Part shown: piece after piece, positions 8,380-17,957 of the stretch | How the letters are laid out: each line of letters begins with the position of its first letter | How positions within the stretch are numbered: position 1 is the stretch's first letter | Assembly: GCA_041677685.1 (NCBI GenBank) | Contig: JBAYPN010000002.1 | Span: 1 to 32,000, forward strand | DNA length: 32,000 nt | Direction: 5' to 3' | From: an archaeon | GTDB taxonomy: Archaea > Iainarchaeota > Iainarchaeia > Iainarchaeales > CSSED10-239 | The notes under the pieces: model-generated | What the model was told of the DNA's origin: nothing | Database searches by the model: none | The model's input: the letters and a program-made list of their open reading frames with translations, nothing else | Translations under genes and position numbers: made by a program

Positions 8380-10119
8380 ATGGACTTTAATAATATTTGT
8401 TTATATTTTAATAAATTAGAAAACACAAACAGTCGCTTAGAAATTGCACAAATTCTTTCTAAACTTTTTCTAGAAATTGATGTGAAAGACTTGCAGGATT
8501 TGGTCTACTTTTGTAAAGGAGAGATTGGTCCCTCCTATAAAGGAACAGAGCTAAACATTGGACTCTCAACTGTTTTATCTTTAGTCTCACGATATCTTGG
8601 ACAAAACCTTTCCACCATTAAAAAACAATTCCAGAAATTTGGAGATGTTGGTCTAGTCATTTACAACACAGAGCTTAACAAAAAACAAAGCACACTTTTT
8701 AAAAAAGAACTAAGCTTTAGAGACGTCTACTCAACTTTAGAAAAGATCTCCGCAATTGAAGGAAAGGGAGCTATTGAAAAAAAATTAAAATTATTTGAAT
8801 CAATTTTATTTAATTTAGATAAAATCTCTGCAAAGTATCTTGTAAGGTTTCCAATCTCTTTTAGGTTGGGCTTTTCAGACTCAACAATTATTGATGCTCT
8901 TTCTTTTCTAGAACCTTCTAGAGATCAAAAGGAAGTTAGAAAAATTCTTTCTGACAAATATGATCTAATCTCTGATCTTGGATTGATTGCTAAGATCTTT
9001 ATAGAAGAGGGAATTGATAAAGTAGATAAATTAAACATAAAACCATTCATTCCATTTAAGCCAGCATTATGTGAAAGAGCTAAAAGCTTTTCAGAAATTA
9101 TAGAAAGAGTTGGAAAAGATAATAAACTGTTTATTGTTGATTCAAAGATTGATGGGTTTAGACAACAGATTCATAAATTTAAAAATACTGTTAAAATATT
9201 TTCAAGAAATGAAGAAGACATAACCTCTATGTTTCCTGATGTTGTCTTAGAGATTAAAAAAATAGAGTATGATTTTATAATTGATTGTGAGGCAATTGCA
9301 TATGATCTTGAAAACAAAAAATATCACAATTTTCAAATAACTATGCAAAGAAAAAGAAAATATAATATTTTAGAAAAATCAAAAAAACTACCACTTCATT
9401 TAAAAGTCTTTGATATCCTTTATTTTGATGGTAAATATTTAACTGACCTTGGAAATTATGAACGAAGAAAAATTTTAGAAAAATATTTTGATATTAGTGA
9501 AATTATAAAACCAACAGAAATTATAATTACAAATTCTTTAAAAGAACTTGAGGATTTTTTTAATTCAAGAATAGAGCTTGGGTTTGAAGGAATTATTGTA
9601 AAGGACATTGACTCTAGCTATAGAGCTGGTTCTCGTGGTTTTAATTGGATTAAGTTTAAAAAATCATATTTGTCAAACTCTTTAGACACTATTGATGCTG
9701 TTATAGTGGGGGCATTTTATGGGCAGGGAAGAAGGTCAGATGGCATTGGAGCCTTATTGATGGCTGTTTTTGATAAAGAGACTAACAACTATTACACAAT
9801 TGCAAAGTTAGGTACTGGGTTAACAGATGAAGTGTTATTGGAACTGAAAAATCTTTTAGATACTTCAAAGCTAGAAAAGAGACCTAGTTACCTTGTAACA
9901 AACATTGATGCTGATGTTTATGTTTTGCCAAAAATTGTAGTTGAGATTAATTTTGATGAGATCACAAGAAGCACAGTCCATACTGTTTGTTATGATCAAG
10001 ATCTTAATCAAGGTTTGGCTTTAAGATTTCCAAGATTTGTAAGATTAAGGGATGACAAAAATGATAGGCAGACAACAACTCAGGAAGAAATTCAAAGGCT
10101 TTATGAGCTTCAGGGTTAA
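8380..10119 (+). CDS. lig: ATP-dependent DNA ligase (Lig1 family)
   Basis: 579 aa. Adenylation motif I is KIDGFRQQIH (Lys codon at 9145), followed by EGIIVKD, WIKFK and a C-terminal OB-fold region (LRFPRFVRLRDDK). Confidence 0.92.
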   Translation: MDFNNICLYFNKLENTNSRLEIAQILSKLFLEIDVKDLQDLVYFCKGEIGPSYKGTELNIGLSTVLSLVSRYLGQNLSTIKKQFQKFGDVGLVIYNTELNKKQSTLFKKELSFRDVYSTLEKISAIEGKGAIEKKLKLFESILFNLDKISAKYLVRFPISFRLGFSDSTIIDALSFLEPSRDQKEVRKILSDKYDLISDLGLIAKIFIEEGIDKVDKLNIKPFIPFKPALCERAKSFSEIIERVGKDNKLFIVDSKIDGFRQQIHKFKNTVKIFSRNEEDITSMFPDVVLEIKKIEYDFIIDCEAIAYDLENKKYHNFQITMQRKRKYNILEKSKKLPLHLKVFDILYFDGKYLTDLGNYERRKILEKYFDISEIIKPTEIIITNSLKELEDFFNSRIELGFEGIIVKDIDSSYRAGSRGFNWIKFKKSYLSNSLDTIDAVIVGAFYGQGRRSDGIGALLMAVFDKETNNYYTIAKLGTGLTDEVLLELKNLLDTSKLEKRPSYLVTNIDADVYVLPKIVVEINFDEITRSTVHTVCYDQDLNQGLALRFPRFVRLRDDKNDRQTTTQEEIQRLYELQG

Positions 10120-10120
10120 C

Positions 10121-10143
10121 TTTTTTTAATTTCTAATTTTTTT
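10121..10143 (+). terminator. Oligo-T tracts after DNA ligase (candidate archaeal terminator)
   Basis: T7 at 10121-10127 and T7 at 10137-10143, immediately after the TAA stop at 10117-10119, in a convergent intergenic region. Confidence 0.4.
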
Positions 10144-10266
10144 AAAAAAGAGAAAGAGAGAAGGAAAAATATTTGCCTTTCATTTCCAAATTTCAATTTT
10201 ATTTTTTCTTCAATTTTTCTTAAGTTTTCAATTTCTTTTCAAACTTTTTAGTTTTAAAAGAAATCA

Positions 10267-10977
10267 TTAATATTGCTTTATAGCACTCCACATAACCTCA
10301 TCTTTAGGATTAACTTCAATTCCATTTGATGTTATTGAGCAAGGATGAACTGCTAGAGAGTGTTTTGTACCTCTTAATTTTCTAATAAAAATAGATCTGT
10401 GTGGAGGTATAAAGTACATAGCAAAAATTCCATCAACAACAAACTCCTCAACACCATAAGCACTAAAGTCCCTTGGTCCTCCTGCAGTCTCAGAAGTTAG
10501 CATTGTTGTACAATCTAAATCCTTTAGATAATCAGAAAATCTAAACAACAGGTTTCTTAATTTTCCTTGATCACTTAACCACGCAGCAAAGGCAGTTGTT
10601 GAGTCAACTGTTAATCTCACAGCACTAATGTCTTTAACCATTGAAGTAATAATGTCAAGTTCTTTATCAATTTGTGGTTCTACAGGTTTTCTTGGATCAA
10701 TGTGCATTCTATAGATCTTCATAAGATTTTTTTGTTCTAAAGACTTAATGTCCCAACCAAAGTTCTCCATGTTCCACACAATATTTTTGAGATTATCTTC
10801 AACAGTTACAAACAAACCAGGGTCACTAAACTTTCTTGCACCTTCATAAATGTATGTTGTTGCAAATAATGTTTTTCCTGATCCTGAACCACCTGGAACT
10901 AAGACTGTTGCACCTTTTGGGATTCCTCCCTGTATTAACTCATCAAAGCCAATTACACCTGTTGGTATTCTCTGCAT
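10267..10977 (-). CDS. KaiC-like / RecA-superfamily single-domain ATPase
   Basis: 236 aa. The N-terminus RIPTGVIGFDELIQGGIPKGATVLVPGGSGSGKTLFATTYIYEG carries the Walker A motif, and a Walker B-like RLTVDS follows. This is typical of the archaeal KaiC/RadA-like ATPase family (COG0467-type). It is the only minus-strand gene in the window. Confidence 0.8.
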   Translation of the reverse strand: MQRIPTGVIGFDELIQGGIPKGATVLVPGGSGSGKTLFATTYIYEGARKFSDPGLFVTVEDNLKNIVWNMENFGWDIKSLEQKNLMKIYRMHIDPRKPVEPQIDKELDIITSMVKDISAVRLTVDSTTAFAAWLSDQGKLRNLLFRFSDYLKDLDCTTMLTSETAGGPRDFSAYGVEEFVVDGIFAMYFIPPHRSIFIRKLRGTKHSLAVHPCSITSNGIEVNPKDEVMWSAIKQY

Positions 10978-11368
10978 ATTTGATCACAAATTTCTCCTTT
11001 TAATTATTAATTTTAATTTTAAATTACTTAATTAAAATATACTTCGTTATCTTTAAATAACTTCCTTTTTTTAAATTAATTTGTAGTCTGTTTACTTCTT
11101 TTTTAAGATTGCCAAAAATCAATTTTTTCCTTAAAAAAACATCTCTATTTATAAAGTTTTTGCAACCATATTACTTTATGCTCTTATTATCATCTCTCTA
11201 TCTATTATTCTCAAGAATTTTTGAAAAAAATATATTTTCTAATTATAACTTAACTTTAACTCCTATTTATGAGAGCAGCTTTTCAATTTTAACATAAATA
11301 ATAATTAATAGAAATTAATAATTAAAAATTAATGTAAATTAAAATAAATAAAATTTAAGGTGTTTACT

Positions 11369-11686
11369 TTGGCTGAAAAAGAAAAAACTGAAACTATTAA
11401 AATTAAAAAAGCAACTTTAAAAAAGAAGAGTGTTAGAAAGGTTAGAAGACAGAGAAGAGTTAAAGATGAGATTGTTCATAACTTTATACCAGAACATATC
11501 TTGTTAACAAAAGAAGAAGTTGAGATTTTAGAAAAGAAAGAAATCTCTACAGACAAATTACCACTTATTTTTATAGCTGATCCTGCAATTAGACATTTAG
11601 AGCTAAATGAGGGCGATGTTATTAAGATTATTAGAAAGAACAATATTATTGGAGATGTAGAATATTATAGAAGAGTTGTTAAATAG
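11369..11686 (+). CDS. rpoH: DNA-directed RNA polymerase subunit H (Rpo5) with a basic N-terminal extension
   Basis: The core HNFIPEHILLTKEEVEILEKKEISTDKLPLIFIADPAIRHLELNEGDVIKIIRK...YYRRVV matches archaeal RpoH. There is no in-frame ATG. The ORF-track GTG at 11360 sits inside the SD-like AAGGTG (11357-11362). TTG at 11369 lies 6 nt downstream and is preferred. Confidence 0.85.
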   Translation: MAEKEKTETIKIKKATLKKKSVRKVRRQRRVKDEIVHNFIPEHILLTKEEVEILEKKEISTDKLPLIFIADPAIRHLELNEGDVIKIIRKNNIIGDVEYYRRVVK

Positions 11687-11702
11687 TATTTTATTTTTAG
11701 AA

Positions 11703-11787
11703 ATTACAAATAAATAATAATTACAAATAAATAATAATTACAAATAAATAATAATTACAAATTAATAAAAATTACAAATAATAGAAA
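11703..11787. repeat. Intergenic minisatellite, 17-bp unit x 5 (ATTACAAATAAATAATA), between rpoH and rpoB2
   Basis: ATTAC recurs with C at 11707, 11724, 11741, 11758 and 11775, an exact 17-nt period. The first three units are identical and the last two are diverged (ATTACAAATTAATAAAA, ATTACAAATAATAGAAA). Confidence 0.88.
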
Positions 11788-11870
11788 TTATAAAGAATTA
11801 AAATTAATAAAAATTGCAAAGAATATAAAAATTAAAAAATTAAATAAAATTAAAAAAAATGTGACTTTAG

Positions 11871-13328
11871 ATGGATAAATGGGAAATAGTAGAATCATAT
11901 TATAAACAAGCTGGACCAATATATCAAAGATTAAAATCCTTTGATCAATTTATTGAAGAAAAGGTTACAGAGATTGTTGAGGAAAGCGGAGTTGTTGAAT
12001 GTAATAATAATGTAAAAATTAAACTATCAAATGTAGAGATTACAAGACCAGAAATTGTAGAAGCAGACAGAAGTGCGAGAGTAAGACTAACACCAATGGA
12101 AGCAAGGCAAAGAAACATGACTTATGCTGGGTCCATTTATTTAGATATTGCACTTTATAGAAAAGATGTGCTGATTGATGAAAAAAGAACATATGTTGGA
12201 GAAATTCCAATTCTTGTAAAATCAAAATATTGTAATCTTTATGGGGTTAATGAACAAGACCTAATTGACTTTGGAGAAGATCCAATGGACTTAGGTGGAT
12301 ACTTTGTAATCAATGGTTCTGAGAAAGCATTAATTACTCAAGAAGTTTTAGCCTTAGATAAAATCTTGTTAACAGAAAGTGACGGACTTGTAAAAGCACA
12401 AGTAATCTCTGTAAAGGGAGCTTTTAAAGGAAAAGTTAAAATTGAAAGAAACATAGAAGGACTTTTATATATCTCATTTCCTTCATCTCCTAGAAAGTTA
12501 GCATTAATTGATCTGTTAAATGCCTTAGGTGTTGTTAAGCCTAAAGAAATTTTAGATCTTTTTAGTGACGATAGATTGATTAGAAATGAAATCTTATTAA
12601 ATTTAGATAAAATTGAATGTGTTTCTGAACAAGATGCTTTAGACAAGATTGGAAAAGCTGTTGCTCCTTCCCAAACCCAAGCTTATAGACTTAGAAGAGC
12701 ACAAGAAGTTATTGATTCATTTTTACTTCCACATATTGGTCAGAATAAAAAGGATAGATCTGCAAAAGCCTATTACCTAATAACTATGGCAACAAAGATT
12801 ATTGAAAAGGCATACAACCTAAGACCAGATGCAGACAAAGACCATTATTCTAACAAAAGATTAGAGATGACTGGAAAGTTAATGGAGAATCTATTTAGAT
12901 ATGCATTTAAACATTTTGTAAATGATTTAAAATTCCAAATTGATAGAACAATTTCAAGACATAGAAAATTAAATATTACAACTGTGATTAGACCTGAAGC
13001 AATTTCAGAAAGAATAAGATTTGCTGTAAGCACAGGGACTTGGGTTGGCTCAATTACAGGGGTTTGTGCTTTTATGGACAGAATCAATTATGTTGCACCA
13101 TTAACAAATATGAGAAAAATAAAATCAACTTTAGATTCACAAAGAGAACTTTATGAAGCAAGAGATGTTCATGGAACCCACTGGGGTAGACTTTGTCCAA
13201 TTGAGACCCCTGATGGACCTAACTGTGGTTTGTCTAAAAATCTATCTTTGATGGCAAGGGTAACAACAGATGTTAATTATGTAAACATTCTAAAGGACAT
13301 TGATATTGAAGAAATTAAAATTAAATGA
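11871..13328 (+). CDS. rpoB2: DNA-directed RNA polymerase subunit B'' (Rpo2 N-terminal half)
   Basis: 485 aa. The N-terminus VESYYKQAGPIYQRLKSFDQFIEE and the segments GYFVINGSEKALITQE and DHYSNKRLEMTGKL are typical of the N-terminal half of the second-largest RNAP subunit. It ends with TGA. Confidence 0.93.
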   Translation: MDKWEIVESYYKQAGPIYQRLKSFDQFIEEKVTEIVEESGVVECNNNVKIKLSNVEITRPEIVEADRSARVRLTPMEARQRNMTYAGSIYLDIALYRKDVLIDEKRTYVGEIPILVKSKYCNLYGVNEQDLIDFGEDPMDLGGYFVINGSEKALITQEVLALDKILLTESDGLVKAQVISVKGAFKGKVKIERNIEGLLYISFPSSPRKLALIDLLNALGVVKPKEILDLFSDDRLIRNEILLNLDKIECVSEQDALDKIGKAVAPSQTQAYRLRRAQEVIDSFLLPHIGQNKKDRSAKAYYLITMATKIIEKAYNLRPDADKDHYSNKRLEMTGKLMENLFRYAFKHFVNDLKFQIDRTISRHRKLNITTVIRPEAISERIRFAVSTGTWVGSITGVCAFMDRINYVAPLTNMRKIKSTLDSQRELYEARDVHGTHWGRLCPIETPDGPNCGLSKNLSLMARVTTDVNYVNILKDIDIEEIKIK

Positions 13329-13389
13329 TTTTTAGAATTTAAATTTTTAATCTTTAATTTGAATAAAATTAGAAATTTAAAAACAGGCA

Positions 13390-13497
13390 ATTTAAGATAG
13401 AAAATAATTTAAGATAGAAAATAATTTAAGATAAAAAATAATTTAAGATAGAAAATAATTTAAGATAAAAAATAATTTAAGATAAAAAATAATTTAA
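13390..13497. repeat. Intergenic minisatellite, 17-bp unit x ~6.4 (ATTTAAGATAGAAAATA, with a G/A variant), between the two rpoB halves
   Basis: Units start at 13390, 13407, 13424, 13441, 13458 and 13475, with a partial unit at 13492. Units 3, 5 and 6 carry A instead of G at position 11 of the unit. The array is bracketed by AAAAACAG on both sides. Confidence 0.9.
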
Positions 13498-13526
13498 AAA
13501 ACAGAAAATTAAAAGATGTGAAAAAA

Positions 13527-15344
13527 ATGGGTATTAACAAATGTAAAATTTATATAAATGGAAGTTTGGTTGGTTTTCATAATAACCCTCTAAAGTTGAA
13601 AAATGATCTAATTAATAAAAGAAGGACTGGAGCTATTGATGATGAGATTAACATCTCCTATGACCAACCAACTAATGAATTATATATAAACACAGATAGT
13701 GGAAGATTACAAAGACCTGTAATCATTTTAGAAAATGGAAAATCAAAAATAACTAAAGAAGTTTTAGAGGATCTAAAAAATAATAAATTATCCTGGCAAG
13801 ACCTAATCTCAAAAGGTATGATTGAGTATCTTGATGCTGAAGAGGAAGAAAATACTTTAGTTGCCCTTGATGAAAGTGAGATTACCCCACAACACACACA
13901 CTTAGAGATTTCAGGAACTGCAATTTTTAGTGTAATAACATCCATGATCCCTTTTGCTCAACATAACATGGCTGGAAAAGCAATCTTTGGTGCAAAGATC
14001 TTTAAACAAGCTGTTGGTCTTCCTGCTGTTAATTATAGAAATAGATTTGATACAGAAATGCATTTATTATATTACCCACAAAAACCACTAGTGACTACAA
14101 GAACAGAAAAATTATTAAAAATTGATAAAAGACCAATGATCCAAAATGCAGTTGTTGCAATCATGCCCTATAAAGGCTTTAACATGACTGATGCCTTGAT
14201 CTTGAACAAAGGAGCAGTTGAGAGAGGACTGTCTAGATCCTTTTATTTTAGATCCTATTCTGCTCAAGAAAATAGATATCCTTCAGGTCAAGCAGACGAA
14301 TTTACAATTCCTACAGAGACCACTTTAGGGTTTAGAGGGGAAGAAGCATATGCTAATTTAGGACTTGATGGAATTTCAAATTTAGAAGTAAATATTCCTA
14401 AGGGTGGAGTAATTATTGGTTTAACTTCTCCTCCTAGATTTGTTGAAGAAATATCTGAATTTGGAGTTGTTTCTGAAGACAGAAGAGAATCCTCAATTAC
14501 TTCTAGAAAGCATCTAGAAGGGCATGTTGACAGAGTTATGTTTTCTCAAACAATTGGAGGAATTAGACTTTGTAAAGTTAAGGTTAGAACTGAATTGATT
14601 CCACAAGTTGGAGATAAATTTTCCTCACATCACGGGCAAAAAGGTGTTGTTGGGGCTGTGGTTGATGAGGCTGACATGCCTTTTAGTGAGAATGGAATGA
14701 AACCTGACTTTATTTTAAACCCACACTCAATTCCTTCAAGAATGACAATTGGGCACATGTTTGAAACAATTGCTGCAAAGGCAGGAGCATTGTCAGGAAC
14801 AGAGATTGATGGTACTCCTTTCTATTCTGACAAAGAATCAATTTTTAAGATGTTAAAAGATTATGGTTTTAGAGAAGATGGAAAGGAAACCTTTTATGAT
14901 GGAGTTACTGGTGAAAAAATAGAGATGCCAATCTTTGTAGGTCCAATTTCTTTTAAAAGACTATACCACGTTGTTACTAACAAGATACAAGCAAGAGACA
15001 CAGGTTCTGTCCAATTACTAACAAGACAACCAACTGAAGGTAAAGAGAAAGGTGGAGGTCTAAGATTTGGTGAGATGGAAAGTGATGCTTTGGTAGGACA
15101 TGGAGCTGCAATGTTACTTCATGAAAAACTAATGGATTCAGCAGATGAACTAGAAGTATATGTTTGTTCTGATTGTGGGATCTTAGCTGTTGATGATAAA
15201 ATTAGAAATAGAAAATATTGCCCTATATGCTCTGGTGGTAACATTGAAAAAGTAATTATTAGTTATGGTTTCAAACTACTATTAGATGAACTAAAAGCTT
15301 TAGGTGTTTATCCAAAGTTAAAAATTGGAGACAAAATAGATTAA
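13527..15344 (+). CDS. rpoB1: DNA-directed RNA polymerase subunit B' (Rpo2 C-terminal half)
   Basis: About 605 aa. Recognisable segments are SGRLQRPVIILENGK, GDKFSSHHGQKGVVG, GGLRFGEMESDAL and the C-terminal Zn ribbon CSDCG...CPICSG. GTG at 13518 is an alternative start. Confidence 0.93.
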   Translation: MGINKCKIYINGSLVGFHNNPLKLKNDLINKRRTGAIDDEINISYDQPTNELYINTDSGRLQRPVIILENGKSKITKEVLEDLKNNKLSWQDLISKGMIEYLDAEEEENTLVALDESEITPQHTHLEISGTAIFSVITSMIPFAQHNMAGKAIFGAKIFKQAVGLPAVNYRNRFDTEMHLLYYPQKPLVTTRTEKLLKIDKRPMIQNAVVAIMPYKGFNMTDALILNKGAVERGLSRSFYFRSYSAQENRYPSGQADEFTIPTETTLGFRGEEAYANLGLDGISNLEVNIPKGGVIIGLTSPPRFVEEISEFGVVSEDRRESSITSRKHLEGHVDRVMFSQTIGGIRLCKVKVRTELIPQVGDKFSSHHGQKGVVGAVVDEADMPFSENGMKPDFILNPHSIPSRMTIGHMFETIAAKAGALSGTEIDGTPFYSDKESIFKMLKDYGFREDGKETFYDGVTGEKIEMPIFVGPISFKRLYHVVTNKIQARDTGSVQLLTRQPTEGKEKGGGLRFGEMESDALVGHGAAMLLHEKLMDSADELEVYVCSDCGILAVDDKIRNRKYCPICSGGNIEKVIISYGFKLLLDELKALGVYPKLKIGDKID

Positions 15345-15371
15345 ATATAAAGATTAAGAGAAAGATTATTT

Positions 15372-17957
15372 ATGGGAACTAAAAAAATTAAGTCTATTGA
15401 ATTTGGATTATTAAGTCCTGAACAAGTTAGGAAGATGTCAGCTGTAGAGATCACAAGGTCAGACACTTATGATAAAGATGGATATCCAATTGAGAGAGGA
15501 GTAATGGATCTTCACTTAGGAGTTATTTCTCCTGGGCTTAGATGTAAGACCTGTGGGCATAACATGAAAGATTGTCCGGGACACTTTGGACATATTGAGC
15601 TTGTAAGACCAGTTATGCACCCAAAATTTTCAGACAAAATATTTTCTATTTTACAAAATACTTGTAGAAATTGTGGTAGAATTTTACTTGAAAATGATTA
15701 TATTGATCCAATGCTTAGAGAAACAACAGACCATGAAAAAATTACAAAAGAAGTTACCTCTGTAACAAAGACTCTTAAAAAATGCCCACATTGTCAAGCT
15801 GAAATTCCAAAATTATTATTAGATAAGCCAACTAACTTCTTTTTAGATGGAGAAAGACTTTATCCTTCTGAGATTATTGATTGGTTATTAAAGATTCCTG
15901 ATAAAGATTTATTTTTGTTTGGGTATTCTGATAAACTAAGACCTCAATGGTTTGTAATCACAGTTTTACCAGTGCCTCCAGTTTCAATTAGGCCATCCTT
16001 GTCTTTGGAGAATGTTATTACAGCAGAGAGTGACTTAACTCATATGCTACTTAATATTGTAAGAATTAATGGAAGACTGCAAGAAAATATTAATGCAGGG
16101 GCTCCTCAGATAATTGTTGAAGACCTTTGGGATCTTTTACAATTTAATATAACAACTTACTTTGATAATAACACTGCTGGTGTGCCTCCTGCCAAACATA
16201 GGTCAGGAAGAGCATTAAATACTCTTGCTCAAAGATTAAAGGGAAAGAAAGGAAGATTTAGATATAACTTGATTGGAAAGAGAGTAAATTCTGCATCTAG
16301 ATCCACAATTACCCCATCAACAAATATTGGAATTGATGAAGTGGGTGTGCCTGAAGAAGTTGCAGATATTTTAACAGTTCCTGAAAAAGTAACATCTTGG
16401 AATCTGTCAAGAGTTAAAGACTATATCACTTCTGGAAAAGTAAATTATATTATAACAAAGAGTGGGCGTAGAAAGTTAGTAACTGAAGAAAACAAACAGG
16501 ACATCTTGGACACCTTGGAAGAAGGCTCCACCATTAAAAGAAAGATGATGGATGGAGATGTTATTATCTTTAATAGACAACCAACACTTCATAGAGTCTC
16601 AATTATGGGGCATAAGGTAAAGATACTTCCAGGAAAGACATTTAGACTAAACCCAATAAGTTGTCCACCTTACAATGCTGACTTTGATGGTGACGAAATG
16701 CAGATTCATGTTCCACAGAGTGAAGCTGCTCTTGCTGAAATTAAAAATCTAATGATGGCAAATCAACATATATTGTCTATGAGAGATGGAAAGCCATTAA
16801 TTGTTCCTGGAGAAGACCTTATCTCAGGTGGTTATCTTTTAACAAAGAACAGCACAGAGTTTACAAAAAAAGAAGCAATGGACCTATTATATTCAATTGG
16901 AATTACCCAACTTCCAACAGCTGATAGAGGAAGAGGAATGTATTCTGGAAAATTAATATTTAGTCAAATTCTTCCTAAGGATCTAAATCTAGAATATGAA
17001 AACAAGATGTATTCTGTTGTTAGACAAGTAAAAGGAAAGGTAACTAAAAAAGATGTTGAAAAATATGATTGTTATTTTAAGGTTGAAAAAGGAAATCTTG
17101 TTTCAGGAGTTATTGATGAAAGAATTAATAAACCTAAAAATCTAATTGACGTCTTGGTTAGACACTATTCTAAAGAATATATTGTTGAATTTTATTATAA
17201 GTTAGCAAAATTAGTATTTTATGCAGTTTCAAAGAAAGGATTAACAATTGCCCTAGATGAATACAGGACTCCTGATCTTTTACAAGTAGAAATTGATGAA
17301 AAATATAAAAAACTAATTTCAACAACTAATGGAGTTATTAGAAAATTTGAGAATAAAACTTTGCCTTTAATCTCAGGAAAGACATTAGAAGAAACATTTG
17401 AGCTAGAGATGATTAAGGCAGCAAGTGAAACTAAAGATGAGATTTCTAAAAAGGTTTTAGAAATTAAATTTAATGAGATGTTTGATGAAACAAAAATCTC
17501 TAACAACAACACAACTATGCTTTCTAGTGTTGGAGGTTCTCGTGGAAGAGTAACAAACCTTGTTAACATTGTTGGGTTTTGGGGGCTTGTAACAGTTAGG
17601 ACAGGAAGACCAAAAGCAGGGTTCTCTGATAGATTTTTAAGTTCTAATGTTGTTGGCACAAAGGCCTTAGTTGATTATGGGTTTATTAAGAATAATTTCT
17701 TTAATGGAATGACACCTAAAGAATACTTTATTCACTCAATTGGTGGTAGACAAGGTGAGATTGACACTGGTGTTGCTACAAAGGTATCTGGTTATCTGTA
17801 TAGAAGATTATCAAATGCTTTAAAGGACCTTGTTGTTGCTGATGACCTTTCAGTAAAGACAGCTGATGGTTTGATTGTAGAGTTTGTTTATGGTGATGAT
17901 GGGTTATCCCCTGAAAAGGCTTATCTTGGAAAGAATATTAATTTCTTCCACGAATAG
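15372..17957 (+). CDS. rpoA1: DNA-directed RNA polymerase subunit A' (Rpo1 N-terminal part)
   Basis: 861 aa. The Zn-binding N-terminus is CKTCGHNMKDCPGHFGHIEL, and the catalytic motif is YNADFDGDEMQIHVPQS (about 16671-16720). Confidence 0.95.
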   Translation: MGTKKIKSIEFGLLSPEQVRKMSAVEITRSDTYDKDGYPIERGVMDLHLGVISPGLRCKTCGHNMKDCPGHFGHIELVRPVMHPKFSDKIFSILQNTCRNCGRILLENDYIDPMLRETTDHEKITKEVTSVTKTLKKCPHCQAEIPKLLLDKPTNFFLDGERLYPSEIIDWLLKIPDKDLFLFGYSDKLRPQWFVITVLPVPPVSIRPSLSLENVITAESDLTHMLLNIVRINGRLQENINAGAPQIIVEDLWDLLQFNITTYFDNNTAGVPPAKHRSGRALNTLAQRLKGKKGRFRYNLIGKRVNSASRSTITPSTNIGIDEVGVPEEVADILTVPEKVTSWNLSRVKDYITSGKVNYIITKSGRRKLVTEENKQDILDTLEEGSTIKRKMMDGDVIIFNRQPTLHRVSIMGHKVKILPGKTFRLNPISCPPYNADFDGDEMQIHVPQSEAALAEIKNLMMANQHILSMRDGKPLIVPGEDLISGGYLLTKNSTEFTKKEAMDLLYSIGITQLPTADRGRGMYSGKLIFSQILPKDLNLEYENKMYSVVRQVKGKVTKKDVEKYDCYFKVEKGNLVSGVIDERINKPKNLIDVLVRHYSKEYIVEFYYKLAKLVFYAVSKKGLTIALDEYRTPDLLQVEIDEKYKKLISTTNGVIRKFENKTLPLISGKTLEETFELEMIKAASETKDEISKKVLEIKFNEMFDETKISNNNTTMLSSVGGSRGRVTNLVNIVGFWGLVTVRTGRPKAGFSDRFLSSNVVGTKALVDYGFIKNNFFNGMTPKEYFIHSIGGRQGEIDTGVATKVSGYLYRRLSNALKDLVVADDLSVKTADGLIVEFVYGDDGLSPEKAYLGKNINFFHE

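Noticed and set aside
11109-11297. 62-aa ORF (and 10850..11035) in the divergent spacer between the KaiC-like gene and rpoH
   Set aside because: It has a non-ATG start, no SD, and a low-complexity hydrophobic translation of AT-rich intergenic DNA. 10850..11035 overlaps the KaiC-like gene in antisense.
17219-17659. 146-aa minus-strand ORF inside rpoA1, and similar antisense or alternative-frame ORFs at 377..649, 1780..1971, 12040..12225, 12338..12646, 12845..13087, 13658..13945, 18634..18885, 19839..20111, 20424..20612, 23038..23307, 24335..24529, 27770..27970, 28351..28590 and 29481..29693
   Set aside because: All are embedded in, or overlap, confidently identified or longer plus-strand genes, and they have the biased composition of shadow ORFs.
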